From assembly GCF_000143415.4 (NCBI RefSeq), contig NW_003314261.1, forward strand, positions 1 through 64,000: a DNA stretch of 64,000 nucleotides, written 5' to 3'. The stretch's first letter is position 1; the number at the start of each line of letters is the position of its first letter. Shown piece by piece: positions 19,100 through 33,400 of this stretch. The translations under genes and the position numbers were made by a program. The DNA comes from Selaginella moellendorffii. Lineage: Eukaryota > Plantae > Lycopodiophyta. The notes under the pieces are model-generated. The model saw only the letters and a list, made by a program, of their open reading frames with translations, had not been told where the DNA came from and did not search any database.

Positions 19100-22000
19100 A
19101 TGTGACCATCAAAGATATATTGATTTGCTAGCTACATTCTCAAAATAAGTTCTTGAAATAAGTGAGAGATTGCCAGTTACAAAGCGATGGACATGGTTGT
19201 CAATCTCAGTGATACAGCTGTAACCTGTTGGCCTCTTGAGGCATTTCTCTTCCATTCTCTACCATGTCATCTTGGAGCCATCCTGAGGATGCAAACAAAT
19301 TTGCAAGTATGTAGATAGCACAGTACTGGAACTAAGAACCTCCTGTGGTGAAATGAGTGTCTAGGAACCATTCTCCAATTAAGCATGATATTTGTCCTGC
19401 ATAGCTGCTCACCAATGAAAGTGTTGTAGTCCAGAGAGCACTTCATCTAGTTTGTTAGCTTGTGAATAGCTTGTGTGGCTTATGCATAATAACATAGAAT
19501 GTTCTAAGTAGGTGTCTAAGGTCTGAGAGAATGTTTTGGTGGTGAACTAGTGACTGGAGCATCATCACTATCTTGTTCCAATGAGATTCTACCCTCTGGA
19601 TCTGCATGAACAATATCCAACTCTGAAGTGAAGTACTTTGTTCTAAAAGTTCAGAGCCATTATCATCTATAGCAAGAGGCAGTGGATCCTCAGGTGGTGA
19701 TCAAAAGGTGGTTCTGCTAGAGAAGTCTCTGTGGTTGATACCATTTCCTTGTCACTGTTATTTCCATGTGCACTAATTAGAACCAAATGTAAGAAATGCC
19801 CAGTGCAATTATTGTAAGTGGGTTGGACACTACGCCAGAGAATGCCGAGACAGGTTAGCAGGGCATCCTTGAGGATTGGGGAGAAAGAACGCCAGGACTG
19901 GCTATACAAACCAGTCAAGAGCTCTCATGGTAAGAGCTATTCCAGAACCTGTTTTTGTTCAGCAGCAGGATCAAGACGTGATCTGGCTGGACACAGCAGC
20001 AAATATGCACATGACAGGCAGGCGAGAAGCTTTTCTGAACCTCAGGAAAATTTCTACAGGCAGGCAGGTTGGTTTAGGAGACAAGAGTCTTCTTTCAGTT
20101 GTAGCAGTGGGCACCGTTCAAGTAAAGCTGGCCTCAGGAGAGCTACGAGATATCAGGAACATGTATTTTGTTCCAGGCTTGGCGTATCATCTTTTCTCAA
20201 TCGGTGCAGCTTCTGACAACGGTTTCTATTTTATTTTTAATGCCAAGCAGGCTATTATGCGAGACGAGAAGACAGATCAAGCAGTGGCTTATGGACAACG
20301 CTATTCTGGACTTTATAAACTTGACGCCACCATGGTTGTTCCAGATAAGCAGCCAGATCGAGCGCTCTCAACTCGAGCGAGTAATCTCCAGTTGTGGCAT
20401 GAGCGTCTAGGCCATGTGCATGAAGACGCCCTCAAAGCAGTGTCCAGAGATCAAGCACATGCACAAGAATTCGAGTTTACAGGCAAGCTTGAATTTTGTG
20501 AGGCTTGTGTGCTAGGAAAACAAGCACACACATCATTTCCAAAGTTTTCAGAATCCAAGAGCAGTCAGCCTCTTGAGCTCGTTCACACAGATGTGTGTGG
20601 GCCTCTCCATGTCCAAAGTCATCGTGGAATGAGGTATTTTTTGACATTCATCGATGACTACTCACGCTACACAGTCGTGAGACTTTTGGCCAAGAAATCT
20701 GAAGTTCTTGATCACTTTAAAGTTTACAAGGCTTCTGCTGAAAATCTTCTTGGCAAGCAGCTCGAGACTTTATGCAGTGACAGAGGTGACGAGTACAAGT
20801 CACGAAATTTTATGAAGCTGTGCAATGAGAGCGGTATCCAGCAGCAGTTTACAGCTCCAGATAGTCCTGCTCAAAATGGAGTTGCTGAAAGAATGAACCG
20901 GACTCTTATGGAGAGTGCACGTAGCATGCTTATTCAAGCAGGAATGCCACTATCGTTCTGGGCCGAGGCGATTAATACAGCCACATATATTCGCAATCAA
21001 GTGCCTACCCAGCCTCTTGCAGATATTCCTTATCATCTTTGGACCGGGAAGCAAGTCAGCTTGAGACATCTATGAGTTTTTGGATGCATAGCTTATGTGA
21101 AAGTTTCTAACAGTCATTGCAGAAAATTGGAGCCGAAGAGCATTCCTTGCATCATGGTTGGCTATTGTCTCGAGACTAAAGCTTATCATCTTTACAACAT
21201 GGCCACCAGATCAATTCTTATCAGCAGAGATGTCAAGTTTGATGAGAATTCCCTTGACAAGCATCGTTATAAAAATCCTGAGACGCCATCTTATTTTACG
21301 AAGAGGACGTTTCTAGGGCATCTGGGCCGCAGCAGCAAGTGCACGGCCAGCAGCAGCTGCGAGTCCAGCAGCCTCAGCCTCAGCAGTAGGTCGAAGCCTC
21401 CACTTGAGCCCAGTCCTGTCACACCCGAGCAAGAAGATGAAGCAGTTACTGACGGCTTCATTTTTCCAGGTTTGTTTGATGAACCAGAGGAGGAGGAGTC
21501 TCCAAGGCAGCTGCAAGCAGAGCCTAGTACTCCCGTGGCTGCAAGATCCCAGCAAGAAGCAGATCCAATTATTCCCGGCAAACCGTTTCGGACTATCACA
21601 CACAGTGGGAGAGTTAGCTATTTATCGCAAGCAGCTCGGGATGCTCAAGACTCCGGCCTCAAATTGCCGTCGGTGATGAAGCAGCTTCCTCCTGAACCAC
21701 GCACAGTTTGTGCAGCTCTCCATTCACCAGAAGCAGGACAGTGGAAGGCCGCTATGCAGGAGGAGTACAACTCCTTGATCCGTAACAACGTTTGGGAGCT
21801 TGTTTCTCTTCCACCAGGCAGGAAAATCGTGAGTACCAAGTGGATATTCAAGTGCAAATTGGATGCCACTGGAGCAGTGACTCGATATCGAGCTCGCTTT
21901 GTAGCGAGAGGATTTAGTCAAGTACCTGGCGTGGATTTTTCTGAGAATTTTTTCGCCAGTGGCAAAAATGTCTTCTATACGAATTATTCTACGTCTTGCA

Positions 22001-22990
22001 GCATATTGGGATCTGGAAGTGCATCAGCTTGATATCAAGACAGCGTTTTTATATGGCGAGCTTAAGGAGGAAGTCTATATTTCTCAGCCAGATGGAGTTA
22101 TTATTCCAGGACAGGAGCAGAAGGTATGTCGACTTAAGCGTGCACTATATGGCTTGAAGCAGTCTCTTAGAGCATGGTATGAGCACATGGACAGGTTTCT
22201 TTCTTCCATTGGCTTTAAGAAGATTTTTGGGGATAGCAACGTGTATATTTTTAGCTCTGGAGATGCGTTTTCTATATTAGCGCTATATGTCGCCGCCAAC
22301 AATCGTCAGCTATTTTGAGCGACAGTTTTTATCTCAGTTTGAGATTTCAGCGACTGGACGTCTTTCTTATTGCCTTGGGATCCAGGTGCTTTGGGACAGA
22401 GAAGCAGCAGTCATCGAGCTCTCTCAAGCACATTATGTTGAAGAAATTTTGCAGAAGTTCAACATGCAAGATTGCAAGCCCGTGGCAACGCCAATGGATC
22501 CAGGTCTTGTGCTGTCTATTGAGCAAAGTCCCAACTCTGAGGAGGAGAAAGCAGTGATGGCGAGAGTTCCATATTGACAAGCAGTTGGATGCCTTATTTA
22601 TCTAGCCAGTTGGAGCAGTCTCAAGATTTCTTGAGACTCCAGGAGAAGTTCATTGAAGTGCTGTTAAACGAATTTTCAGGTATTTGCAAGGAACAGCAGG
22701 ATATCAACTGAGCTACAGAAGCAGTAGCAGCGTGTCTAGCAGCAGTGGGAGCTCCAGGAGTATGCAACTTGTCGGCTTTACAGACTCAGATTGGGCTGGT
22801 GACAAGGATACAAGAAGATCAACTTCAGGATATCTTTTCTTCCTGGATGGTGGACTTGTCAGCTGGAGCAGCAAGTGACAAGCAATCACAGCACTTTCAT
22901 CCACTGAGGCTGAATATATTGGTGCAACAACAGCAGCTCAAGAAGCGAGGTGGCTTACAGATTTTCTGGAGCAGATTGGTGTTCCAGTGC
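19100..22990 (+). mobile_element. Degraded Ty1/copia retrotransposon (gag remnant, protease, integrase, RT, RNase H)
   Basis: WLDTAANMHMTG, LWHERLGHV, CEACVLGKQ, LELVHTDVCGP, QNGVAERMNRTL, WKAAMQEEYNSL, HQLDIKTAFLYG, ALYGLKQS, GFTDSDWAGD. Integrase precedes RT; stops and frameshifts present; LTRs not identified. Confidence 0.93.
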
Positions 22991-23166
22991 AGTTAGTAGC
23001 AATTACAAATTTTATGTTGTAATTTGACATATTCTTTAAAACTAAATAAGTTTATATATGTTGATAGGTAGAGCTGCATTTACACACACTCTTATATCTT
23101 CTATAGATAAATCTTGACAAATTATACTTATATTCATATATATCAAATAAATCCAACAATTAAAAC

Positions 23167-26100
23167 TTATTCCCCATATTTTAAATATTCCACAGCATTA
23201 ACAAACCATGCATTTTCTTCCACCATCACTTGCATGTGTTTGTCAATTATCCCAACAAGGCCTGTGGTCTTTAACTTCTCGTACTTGCGCTTTCTTTTGT
23301 GGATCTTTGGAACACTCCCACACATTAAATCATCGTTCCGAAACACATTAATGTCTGTAGTAAAATAGATAATCCATTTCAAAAGCCCTCCTTGATGCAA
23401 AAATTGTTTAAACTTTGTGACAGCTATCTCCTCAATTTGTGATCTTTCCCTAAAACCTTTGTTGTGCAAGAACAAATCATCAATGTCTAACCTGTCCAAA
23501 GCAATTATCAAGTTAAGTCAAAAAACAAATCATCAATGTCTAACCTGTCTAAAGCACTTGTCAAGTCTGTCTTCGATTTAACTTTGTGTTGATATAGTGA
23601 GAAGACAGGAACTTGCTTCTCTCCTACCTTGCTGATGCAAGCAGCAATCATGTCAAGTCCAAATCTAATAACATTTCCACTATAAAAAAAAGGCCGAAAG
23701 GATTCCTACAACAAAACAAATTATTCCACAATTGAAAAATCAACAATGCAAGGAGAATACCTGTTGCTTTCCTTGTAAAACCACCTCAAACTGCTCAAGC
23801 CATGCCAGAAAGGTCATCCCATTGTCCTCTTCAGGCATTTGCTGTATCATCTCACAGTTGTTTGACCTTGGCACTTGCAAAGGATGCTTGTAGACCGGAT
23901 CCACTTTTCCCTTGTACACCTTTGGGATAAAATCCACTGGTGCCTTATTCTCCAAAAACTCCAGAAGCAAGGGAGCGGAATACGCTTCAAACTTCACCCC
24001 TAGCTCTGACTTGCTGCAAACACCCATATCGTTGATCAGCTTCTTCTGTATGTCTCCACTGGCTGTGAGATAGTTCCACAAAGCCCTCACCACGAGTGGT
24101 TCTCCAATCTCAACAGTTTGAAGGGAAGCCTGTGCTGCATTCTGAGCAGGAGCCGAGCAGAAATCTGTATCCGGTTTGAAATGCAAAGGCTTGTAGCTGC
24201 TCTCCACAGTCCCTCTCAGCCTGCCGATCCCTGCTTGTACAAATTTCAAATCACTGTCCGTGACTGCGAGGTTTACAGGAACTCCCGTGTACACCCGCAG
24301 CAGCAATAAAGTTATGACCACCTCCCAACAGCCGGGATGGAATGATGGTAGCGCAAAGAACTTCACAACATCGTCCCACACAGATCTGTCGATGGAGAGG
24401 GTAGGGCCTGGTCGCCTACACAAATCATCTGCCTTCTTCAAGAAATAGTCTGTAGCGATCAATGGTTGCTCCTCTGAATCCCGTAAGAACATCTGTAACA
24501 CTGTCACGTAAAACCTGTATCTGCCTCTATAAACACCAAAGATCGTGCTGAAGTCGAAATCGTCCACGTCTTTCACAAACTTCACTGTATACTCCTTGAT
24601 AGATTCAGCGCTAGAAAAATCCCCAAAGTCTGAGTACACATAATAGCTGAGTTTGTCTTTCACGGACTCTGAAAGGGAGTCTAGCATCGGTATCAAATGA
24701 CGACCTGTTCCAGATATTATGGTCTTTTTGAAGTTCATCGCACGCAGAGCCAAGACGAGCTTGTCTAGCATCGACCGGTTAACGTCATTCAAAATCTCGC
24801 TCCTAAACCTGTTCTCCAGTAAACGTGAAAGTTCTTGGCATTCGGCTATGACCACAACGCCATCGCCCTCCCAGCCTATCTGTCGTTTCAGCTCATTGAG
24901 CATGTCAGAAAAGATGGTGCTTGCAGCTTGAATGTCGGATGAATTGCGGATCAGACCGAGTATCTTCTTTGTCAGCTCCCACCATGGATCATGCCATGGA
25001 TAATTCAAGTGTGGAAAGTATACCTGCACAACACAAACATTTTAGCTCCCTCACAAACCAAACACGAATCTTACTTGTTTAAAAAGCCAGACGAGCGGGG
25101 TAATTTTGACGCCTGCAGAGCGAGCTTCTCTCAAAACGTAAAACCTGGATATAAACACAGCTCTCAAGCACACCATTAATGCCTCTTCTGGAATGACTCC
25201 CTCGGGATACAAGCGTCTCAATTCTGTTGCAACGTGATTAAGATCTCGAGAACCTTCATCCCCTGCTCCGCTACCTGTAACTCCCGTCAAGTAAATGGAG
25301 TTCCTCTGACAAGATATTTCGTAGAGAGTCCTTGTTTTGCCACTGCCAGAAGCATCAACCAAGAAGCAGAGGTTTGTATCCCGCAGCTTCCCTAGCACCT
25401 CTGACGCAGACCCGATATAATCTCCATCCTTCAACCCCTCTAGTAACAGAACCGCCCTGCCTTCCAAGGTCCATAACTCCTTGCCGCTACGAGAATAATA
25501 GCGCTTAAAATATTGCTCTGGAGGCATGGAAGCAAGACATTCCTTCACCCGTTCCCAAATTTCAGCACAGACGTCATCAACTTTCTTCCGGGTTAGTGTC
25601 CCTGGAACAGCGATGGCCACAGAATTAAACACAGCCAAAGGGCAAACAGGATCGAACAGGGAGTGCAGAGATTCCAGATATCCACACAGAGAGTAATTCA
25701 GGAAGCAAAATTCCTTACATGGAAACTAGAGCAGGATCCTGACTAGAAGAAGTACCTGCAGCAGGAAAACTTGAAACGCAAAACCCAGCTCTAAGCCGAA
25801 GAAGACACAGACAGCATTAATAGAACACCAAGAACTGGGCAAAAACTGGGGATGCACGTGCAAGGAAACAAAGGGCTTTCGCAATTGCTTACCAGATCCG
25901 CGCACTGCAACATTCAGAACAAAACAAAGTTAGTATTAGATCTGGAAGAAAAAACTATCAATAGAAAACATGGCCAGAATCAAGGGTCTCAACAGCCATA
26001 GCCATACCAGGGAGCATGCGTCCGCCGGCAGCATAGCCAAAAGCCACACTTCCAGCAACCCAAAATAAAAGCGACAAAATCCTTAACCATAGGCATAGCC

Positions 26101-26390
26101 ACATGGAAGCACACAGATCCACGTCACCCAGCAAAACGCCTTAAATCGAGGGGGAAAGCTAAATACACAAAGAGTGACGTACCATGGAGGAGTTTTAACT
26201 CCCGCAGCTGTTCTTCCTTCTTCCGCAGATGCCCTTGCTCATTCCGCAGCTGCTCTTCTTCATTCCGCCAATATTCCGCCAGCGATTGATTGCCACTCTG
26301 AAGGGCAGAGAGGAAAGATTCCCCAGCCGCTTGGATCTGCAGCTCAAGAAGCTCGATTTCAGCCTGCACCTTAGCCAACTCCTCTTCCAT
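23167..26390 (-). pseudogene. Crinkler/CR-type gene: helical header + P-loop NTPase + restriction-endonuclease-fold C-terminus (disrupted)
   Basis: Header EYWRNEEEQLRNEQGHLRKKEEQLR; Walker A LVDASGSGKTRTLYE; Walker-B-like VVVIAECQEL; YRGRYRF; GVKFEAY; C-terminal exon PFFYSG...FGLDMIA...SLYQHK (D...QxK nuclease-like motif). An internal ~53-bp duplication at ~23470-23565 breaks the frame. Confidence 0.6.
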
Positions 26391-27433
26391 TTTGACCCTA
26401 TCTTACCACTAAGTCAGTTATAAACACAAGAGACAAAAAGGTAAACAAGATACCTTTTGTGTGCTATCTATAGCCGCTCATCCCTCCGGACGTGAGTCCA
26501 GGGTCTTCTGATGCTCCAAACCTGAACTTCTGATGCTGCCAAAGTGGATGTGGCAGCCGCCTGTGGTGCCAAGGCTATCCTGTCCACAATCGCCCACCAC
26601 ACTATTAGACCTAGCCACTTGGCTTGTCAGTCTAGGGTTTTTAGTTTTCTTTGCTGTTTTGTGAGAGCCATTTGAGAGGCTTGATCTTGGAGTTTTCTCT
26701 TTCTTCAGAGCACTAAGCCAAGAGGCTTAGCTTCTCTTCATATGGTATTAGAGGCATAAGTTAGAATTTTAGTACCTAGGACAAGATGGTGTCATTTTCA
26801 TCCTCCAAAGAAATGGAGCAATAAATTTCCTTGTTTGGAAAGAATAAGTATAGGTTTGGTTTATGAGGTTGGTATTTGGAATGAGAAAATGCCCTAAACT
26901 GCTATCACATTAGTGTGGGTTTTGTTGTGTAGTTGCTAAGAAAATTGCATGGGTTAAAGAGAACCATTTGAGAAATGATTTATAAGGGTTTAAATATAAA
27001 AAGAAAGGGCTCATGAACAAAAATGCACCCGTTTTGTAATCAATTAAGAAATTTTGGTTAAATATCCTTGGGTTAAGTAGTACTTAGTTGAGTGATTAAC
27101 TTTCCTGAACACATGACAAAATATAGAGTTGATTCAGCCTAAAGTTGATTCACTATAGATAAATAGCATTACTTACCTACACACATAACAAAATATAGGG
27201 CAAAACATCAATGCTTACATCAATCATTTATAGTGTTTTAGCCAAAACATTGCATGGCTAACTTCATTGATGTTGACTACTCCACCCAACCGTGCAAAGA
27301 TGACATTTTATCACCACATCATGGGCTTGTGGAAGTGTTCCACCAAGAGTTGATAGAGAATTGTTGGTTGCTAGTGGGTGTAATTGGGTGATAATATGCT
27401 ACTCAAAGCTTCCCTCAATGAAACTTGTACCAT

Positions 27434-30400
27434 TGTTGGGGGAAGGAGGGGTGCCTCCCTCAATGCTCGCTCAAACACGATAAATGCTTTAATGCTCTCT
27501 GCAAAATGCCCCCCCTTGCCCTTGTGAGGCAAGGGTTTTATACAAGGAAGATGGGGAATATTTTGAGGACCAAAATATTCCCTCTCTCTTTCTCACTCTC
27601 TCAATGGCCACACCCTAATATGCGACCATGGTGGATCGCACTGGCTCCAGATGCACGAGAACCCTCCAAAGAGTGTAAAAAGAAATAGTAAAAACTCTAG
27701 AAAACAAAGTGGAAAAGAAAGAAAAGAGGTAGGTGTGAAGTTTGGAGACAGGGAGGAAAACCCAGTGGGAAACCCTGTAGTCAAACTGTACCCTGAATTT
27801 GAAGAAAAATGCAGTAAAAGTGGGAAAAGAGGAGGAAAATAGGGGAAAAGAAAATGTGAGTGCCCAAAGAACTTAATTTGTACCTGGATTTCGGCTTAGG
27901 AAAATGTAATATGCAAATGCAGCCTCTTGATGACTTCCGGTATGCTCCAAGGATTGGCCAAAATCGAGAAAGAAAGAGGGGTAGAAGAGGGGATGTGTTG
28001 CCCAAGTGGTAAGTGTGGAAATGATGAAAGATGGAGTGATATGGTGGAGCACCGAGATGGTGGTGGCACTCTGAAAAGGTGGCCATTGATAACCGTTGGC
28101 CTGTGGAGTAAGCTCTGACCTCTCAGAGTAGCCGGTAACCAGTAACCAATAGTCAGGTACCTGTAACTGGTAACCATTTGCTCTCACTCCTACTCTTGCA
28201 CCTGCTCTAGCACCAATATGGTGGAGTGATATGGTGGAGCACCAAGATGGTGGTGGCACTTTGAGGAGGTGGCCATCTCTGAAATGTCAAACTAAAGAAG
28301 TCAACAGCTGAAAAGGACGGCGTAGTCTCTGTGTTGCTGGTAAAAAGAGGTGGCATGTGTCCACTGAGTGCTGGAGTAGAAGAAAGTGGCTTCAGCTTCT
28401 GTGGTCTTGCCTAAAGATCCACCTAGGTGCCTTGAGTGAACAGGTTCACCTGGTTGGAAGAAAGTCACTCCAGAAAAGCTAGTGTGTCGTCGGCAAATGG
28501 TTGTAAGGATATCTTAGAAACGGCATATCCAATTGAGGTGGTGTCTTTCGCTGCTAGTGCATGTATGTGTGTCTGTGGTATGGTGTAAATATGACCTCAA
28601 GTGGAAATGTGAATGATGGTGAAAGAATGAAAGATGCAAGACGGGCATCTAGAGATAAGTGTGGGCAACGCTGCTGGAAGTGATTGGTGATGGAACTGTG
28701 AGTGTAGATGATATGGAATGAGTGAGAGGAATGTGTGGGGTGTAGTAATGGTAAGGGAAGGGCCAAAGAACCTGGAACATAGACCGGGTCAAGCGAGGAA
28801 CCTCTATACAAATGGCAATGCAGCCTGAGTGCGAAATCCAAGGCATGGGCCATGGTCCAATGGAGAAACACCCCCTGAAAGTAAGGAAAAAAAGCCATGA
28901 AAGTAAAGTGAAAGAAAGGAAGAAAAAGAAAAAGAAGAGAAGAAGAACGCCTCACCAGATGAAGCATTTGAGATGAGAGTGGTTGTGAGTGTGTGGGAGC
29001 TCACGTCCATCAGCATCAACTAGCACATATGCTCCACCTCCGATGTGTCACTGGACAAAGTAGGGGCCGGTCCAGCGAGGGGAGAACTTTGAAGGTGGTG
29101 TAAACTCCTTGAGTAGAACGAGGTTGCCATTCTCGAATGGTTTGGCAAACCACTAGTGATCAATGACTGACTTGATCTTTTGCTTGCCTCAAAGGAGATG
29201 TTTAGTCGTGGATTGTCACTATTCTTCCAAGGCAAGAACCTCCAAGTCACATGCATGAAACTTGTCCTCATCGCTAAACTGCATCGCTGCTGCGTATCGA
29301 AGTGAAAGTGAGAGTGACAGCACTTGGATCTCCACTGGGAGCACAGCCTCTATCCCATAGACAAGGGAGAATGGGGTTGCAGAGATGGATGTCTTGAAGG
29401 ACATCTGAAAGGCCCACAACGCCATAACCAAGTGCTCGTGCCAATGCCTTGGGTGATCCTCCACAAGCTTTGAGATGACTGTCTTCAATATCTTGTTGCT
29501 AGACTCCGCCTGGCCATTGCACTCAAGATAATAGCTGCTGCTCTTCACGTGCTTGACCTGCAGTTGCTGGAGAAGATGCTGCATCACCTGTCCAAGGAAG
29601 CCACTGCCACGATCAGAAACCAAAACATCAGGAACTCTGAATCGGCAAATGATGTACTCGTAGACAAACTTTGCTATGGACTGTTGAACTGCCTATCATA
29701 GAGGGGTGGCCTCAACCCATTTTGTGAAATAGTCTATTGCCACGATGATGAATCGCTGTCCTTTTGAGCTCAGTGGGTTGATCGGGCCGACAAAGTCAAG
29801 TCCCCACTGGAAAAAGGAGCCTGGAGAAGTAATGAGCTGGAAAGGAAGATGTGGAACATGGCTTTGGGGGTTGAACCGTTGGCACTTCTCACATGCCTTT
29901 GCATAGGCCAAGCTATCCTGGTGAATCCGAGGCCAAAAGTAGCCATGGCACAAGAGAAGCTGTGCTGTGACCCGTCCCGAGAAATGCCCTGCACAAGAGT
30001 GGATAGCACGAAGGAGCTCAAAGACCTCGTGTTCACCCACACACCGCAACAAAACTTCTTGAGAAGTCCTCCTATAAAGGTGTCCGTCGAGAAGGCAAAA
30101 CCCCCGTGCTCGGACCTCCAATGCCTTTTGTTGTACTAGTGAGGAATCTGCTGGGAACTGACCTGACTCTAGGTACACTGCAATGTCCTGTAATGCTGCT
30201 GGGACCACAAAGGAAGTAGCTTCAGTAACTTGGAACTCGCTCGGATCCATCACATGCTTCCACCGCATGTGAAAAGTTGGCTGGAACTCTTGGATGGTCA
30301 CAATCCAAGATAAAGTATGAGGATTGTGAACTGGTCACTGTAAAAGAAAGGTTAGCACATTAAAATAGACGTGGAAATGGATACGGGCTTCAGCGAGAAA

Positions 30401-33400
30401 GTGATGAAATCGCTCCAAGGTGTAAACAATAGACATTGCTTCTTTTTTCACATCCATGTACTTCTTCTCAGTCTTGTTGAACGAATGTGAGGCGTACTAT
30501 GTTGCATGTGGTGGCTTGCTAGGCTGTGAACATTGGCAAAGGCATACCCCAAAAGCCTCTATACCCATTGTGATGTAAATGTCGAAAGGAAGTTGTCGTT
30601 CTAGTGGTTGGAGTATCAGAGCCATGTGGAGTGACTGCTTCAGTGATTCAAAAGCTTGTTGTTGGGACTCACCCCAGACAAATGGAACATTGAGTTGTAG
30701 TAGAGCTATCAGGGGCCGTGAACGTGCAACATAGTTGTGGAGGAAATGGCAAAAGAAACCTGTTTGCTCGAGGAAGCTGCAAAGTTGCTTCACATTGGTT
30801 GGTGGGTTCTGATCCAGAATCTCCTGAGCCTTGGCTACCTAGGGCCTGATCCCGTCCTGTGAGACATCAAAGCCTAGCAACCGGCCTTTAGTCACCCCGA
30901 ATTTACACTTTCCCAGGTTCAATGAAAACTTGTGTTGTTGGCAACGAGTGAAGATCTGCTCCAAGTGCACAAGGTGGTCCTCAAAGGAGTCAGAGGTCCT
31001 GCACAGATCATTCATATACACCCTCAAGGTGCCTCCAATCAAGTCATGAAAGGCATGGGTCATAAAGCACTAAAAGGTAGCTCCGGCATTACACAAGCCA
31101 AACGGGAGGACGTTGAAAGTGAAGAGGCCCCAAGGTGTCCAGAAGGCCATAAGATCTCAATGATCAGGATGAATGAAGATCTGGTTGTACCCTGAAAAGG
31201 CATCCATGAAAGAGTAGTAACGGTGTCTAGCCATCTCATCAACAATCGCATCAATAAATGGAGTCGGAAAGTGATCTTTTGCAGTTGCCTTGTTCAAGTC
31301 TCGAAAGTCAACGTAGAGGTGGAGTTTTCCATTTGCCTTGCATACACAGACAAGATTGGCCACCCACTCTGAGCTCTCCAAAGGGTAAATAAAGCCGGCT
31401 GCCAAAAGTCACTTTATCTCCAACTACATCTCAGAGTGAGTTGCCGGGCTGAAACGCCACATCTTTTGACGGACTGGTTTGGCTGTCTTTGAAAGCACAA
31501 TACTATGCATGATTGTGTCCATGGGAACTCCTAGAAGCTAGTTGTAGTCCCAAGCAAACACGTCCTTGAAATAGTGGAGGAGATCCAGATGCTCTGAGTG
31601 CTCAATGTCCAATGTAAGGACTGTAGCCAAGTACTCTGCAAGTGAAGGAAGATCCTCCACTAAAGTCCAGTCCAAGTCTGGTGTTGAAGTTTCAGTGTAA
31701 TACACTTGGACCTGTACCGGGAGCTCCACAGTAGGAAATTCTGAACTCAAAGAGCTATAACTTGCATGCAACACATCTGATTGGCTTGATTCTTTCTGCC
31801 AGCTATGTGTCTTGATGTCATTTTCCATCTCCAAGAAACAGCCTGACAAAATATGCTTGAAGTTGTCAGCTACTATGATTTTAGTAGGAAGATGTGGGCT
31901 GTGTGACACCTCAGATAGTTGCTGAGGAGGATTGAGTTCGGCTGTGTCCTGCGAAAGATAGACCTAGTTTGGAGTGATTGTGTCATCAAGCTCCATAAGA
32001 GGGAGTTGGTCCCATGCAAGAAACGAACCGAGGAGCCCTTTCTCTATCAAGAAACACTCCGAAATGCTGGATATGGGAGCCCGTACTCTATAAGTGTAGC
32101 GTATGTGATCATGGGATAAGATTTGGATATACTGTCATCGTGGATTCTTGGAACCTTGGGGGATAAATAGGGATAAAATAGCCACTAAGGGCTCTCTCAT
32201 CAAGCAATTTCCCCTTTTTCCAGTTGGTTTAAGGGGAGAGAGATAAGGTGCACTATAGTTGGTATCAGAGCAAAATGGCATGGGTTTGATTCCCATTGAT
32301 TAGTGGTTGCTTAAAAATATAATATACCCTTGATCAAAGTATATTCCTATCCCTAAATTTGAAATTGTACGTATTGGGCATCCATGTGTATGTCCTTCCT
32401 CTTGTGTGGAGTATCCATAGATGAAGGTATCCACCGTGGGACTACGTGGATGACTAGTTGCCTCACATGGAATAGCTAGTCTACACAATGGAAGGATTTG
32501 TAAATTTAGTGCGGAAATGAAGGTGCTAGTTCCCCTTAGCTCAGTAGGGGTTGTTAGTCAATAGTCAATGAGGACATTGACATCTCTGAAGGGGGGGTGA
32601 GTGTAGCACATGTGATCATGGGATAGGATTTTGATATACTGTCACCGTGGATCCTTGGAACCTTGGGGGATAAATGGGGATAAAATAGCCACTAAGGGCT
32701 CTCTCATCAAGCAATTGCCCCTTTTTTAGTTGACTTAATGGGAGAGAGATAAGGTGCGCTACAATAAACCCCGTCATCAAATAAAGAGGGCCTGTCTAAA
32801 GGCTCGGCCTTACTCTCAAATAGAGAGAGTGAAGCTGAGAGATGTCTCGGGCTATCTAACTCACCTCCAACCATGTCAATCACATTGCATGAGAAAACAT
32901 CTATCATATAGATGGTCGACTCCACTACCAACTCGGGAAAAGCCTCTATGAGCTCGGGAGGGAAGTGTGGTGTGGAGGCCATCTTAGTCTGAGCCTACTG
33001 GGCTTGCTGAGAAAGAGCTCTGCCATGGTTGTTGAGGAAGGTGGCACTATGGTTTCCATCGCTAATTTCCAACTTGCCTTTTGTACTGTTGATGGTGCAA
33101 TGGGCTGTGACTTGCCATGAGCGGCCAAGGATGATAGAGTTCTTCAAAGAAGATGTTCCCAGACGTTGGTAGTCAACCATGAGGAAATCCACCTCAGAAA
33201 TAACACCTTGTATTGAGACCTTGACACCACAGCAAATGCCCGTTGGAGGAACGGTGTAGTTGGTGAAGGTCTTGAGCACGATGGAGGAGCTCTCAGTGAT
33301 CTGAAGCTGTGCCGAAAGGGCAGCTTTGAGAAAGATAATGTTGCTTCCAGAACCGGAGTTAACCAAAGCATCCATCCTACAAGAGGAAGTACCAATTTGC

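Noticed and set aside
18590-26640. Single AAACCCTAG/CTAGGGTTT motifs at ~18590 and ~26632 as telomere remnants
   Set aside because: Single telobox-like occurrences are common in plant LTRs and promoters.
26603-27433. Possible short LTR with degenerate PBS (TGGTATTAGAG ~26743), plus a copia RT scrap (EQMDVKIAFLHG, minus strand) at 36340-36428
   Set aside because: Too decayed, and the orientations are inconsistent, so no element can be defined.
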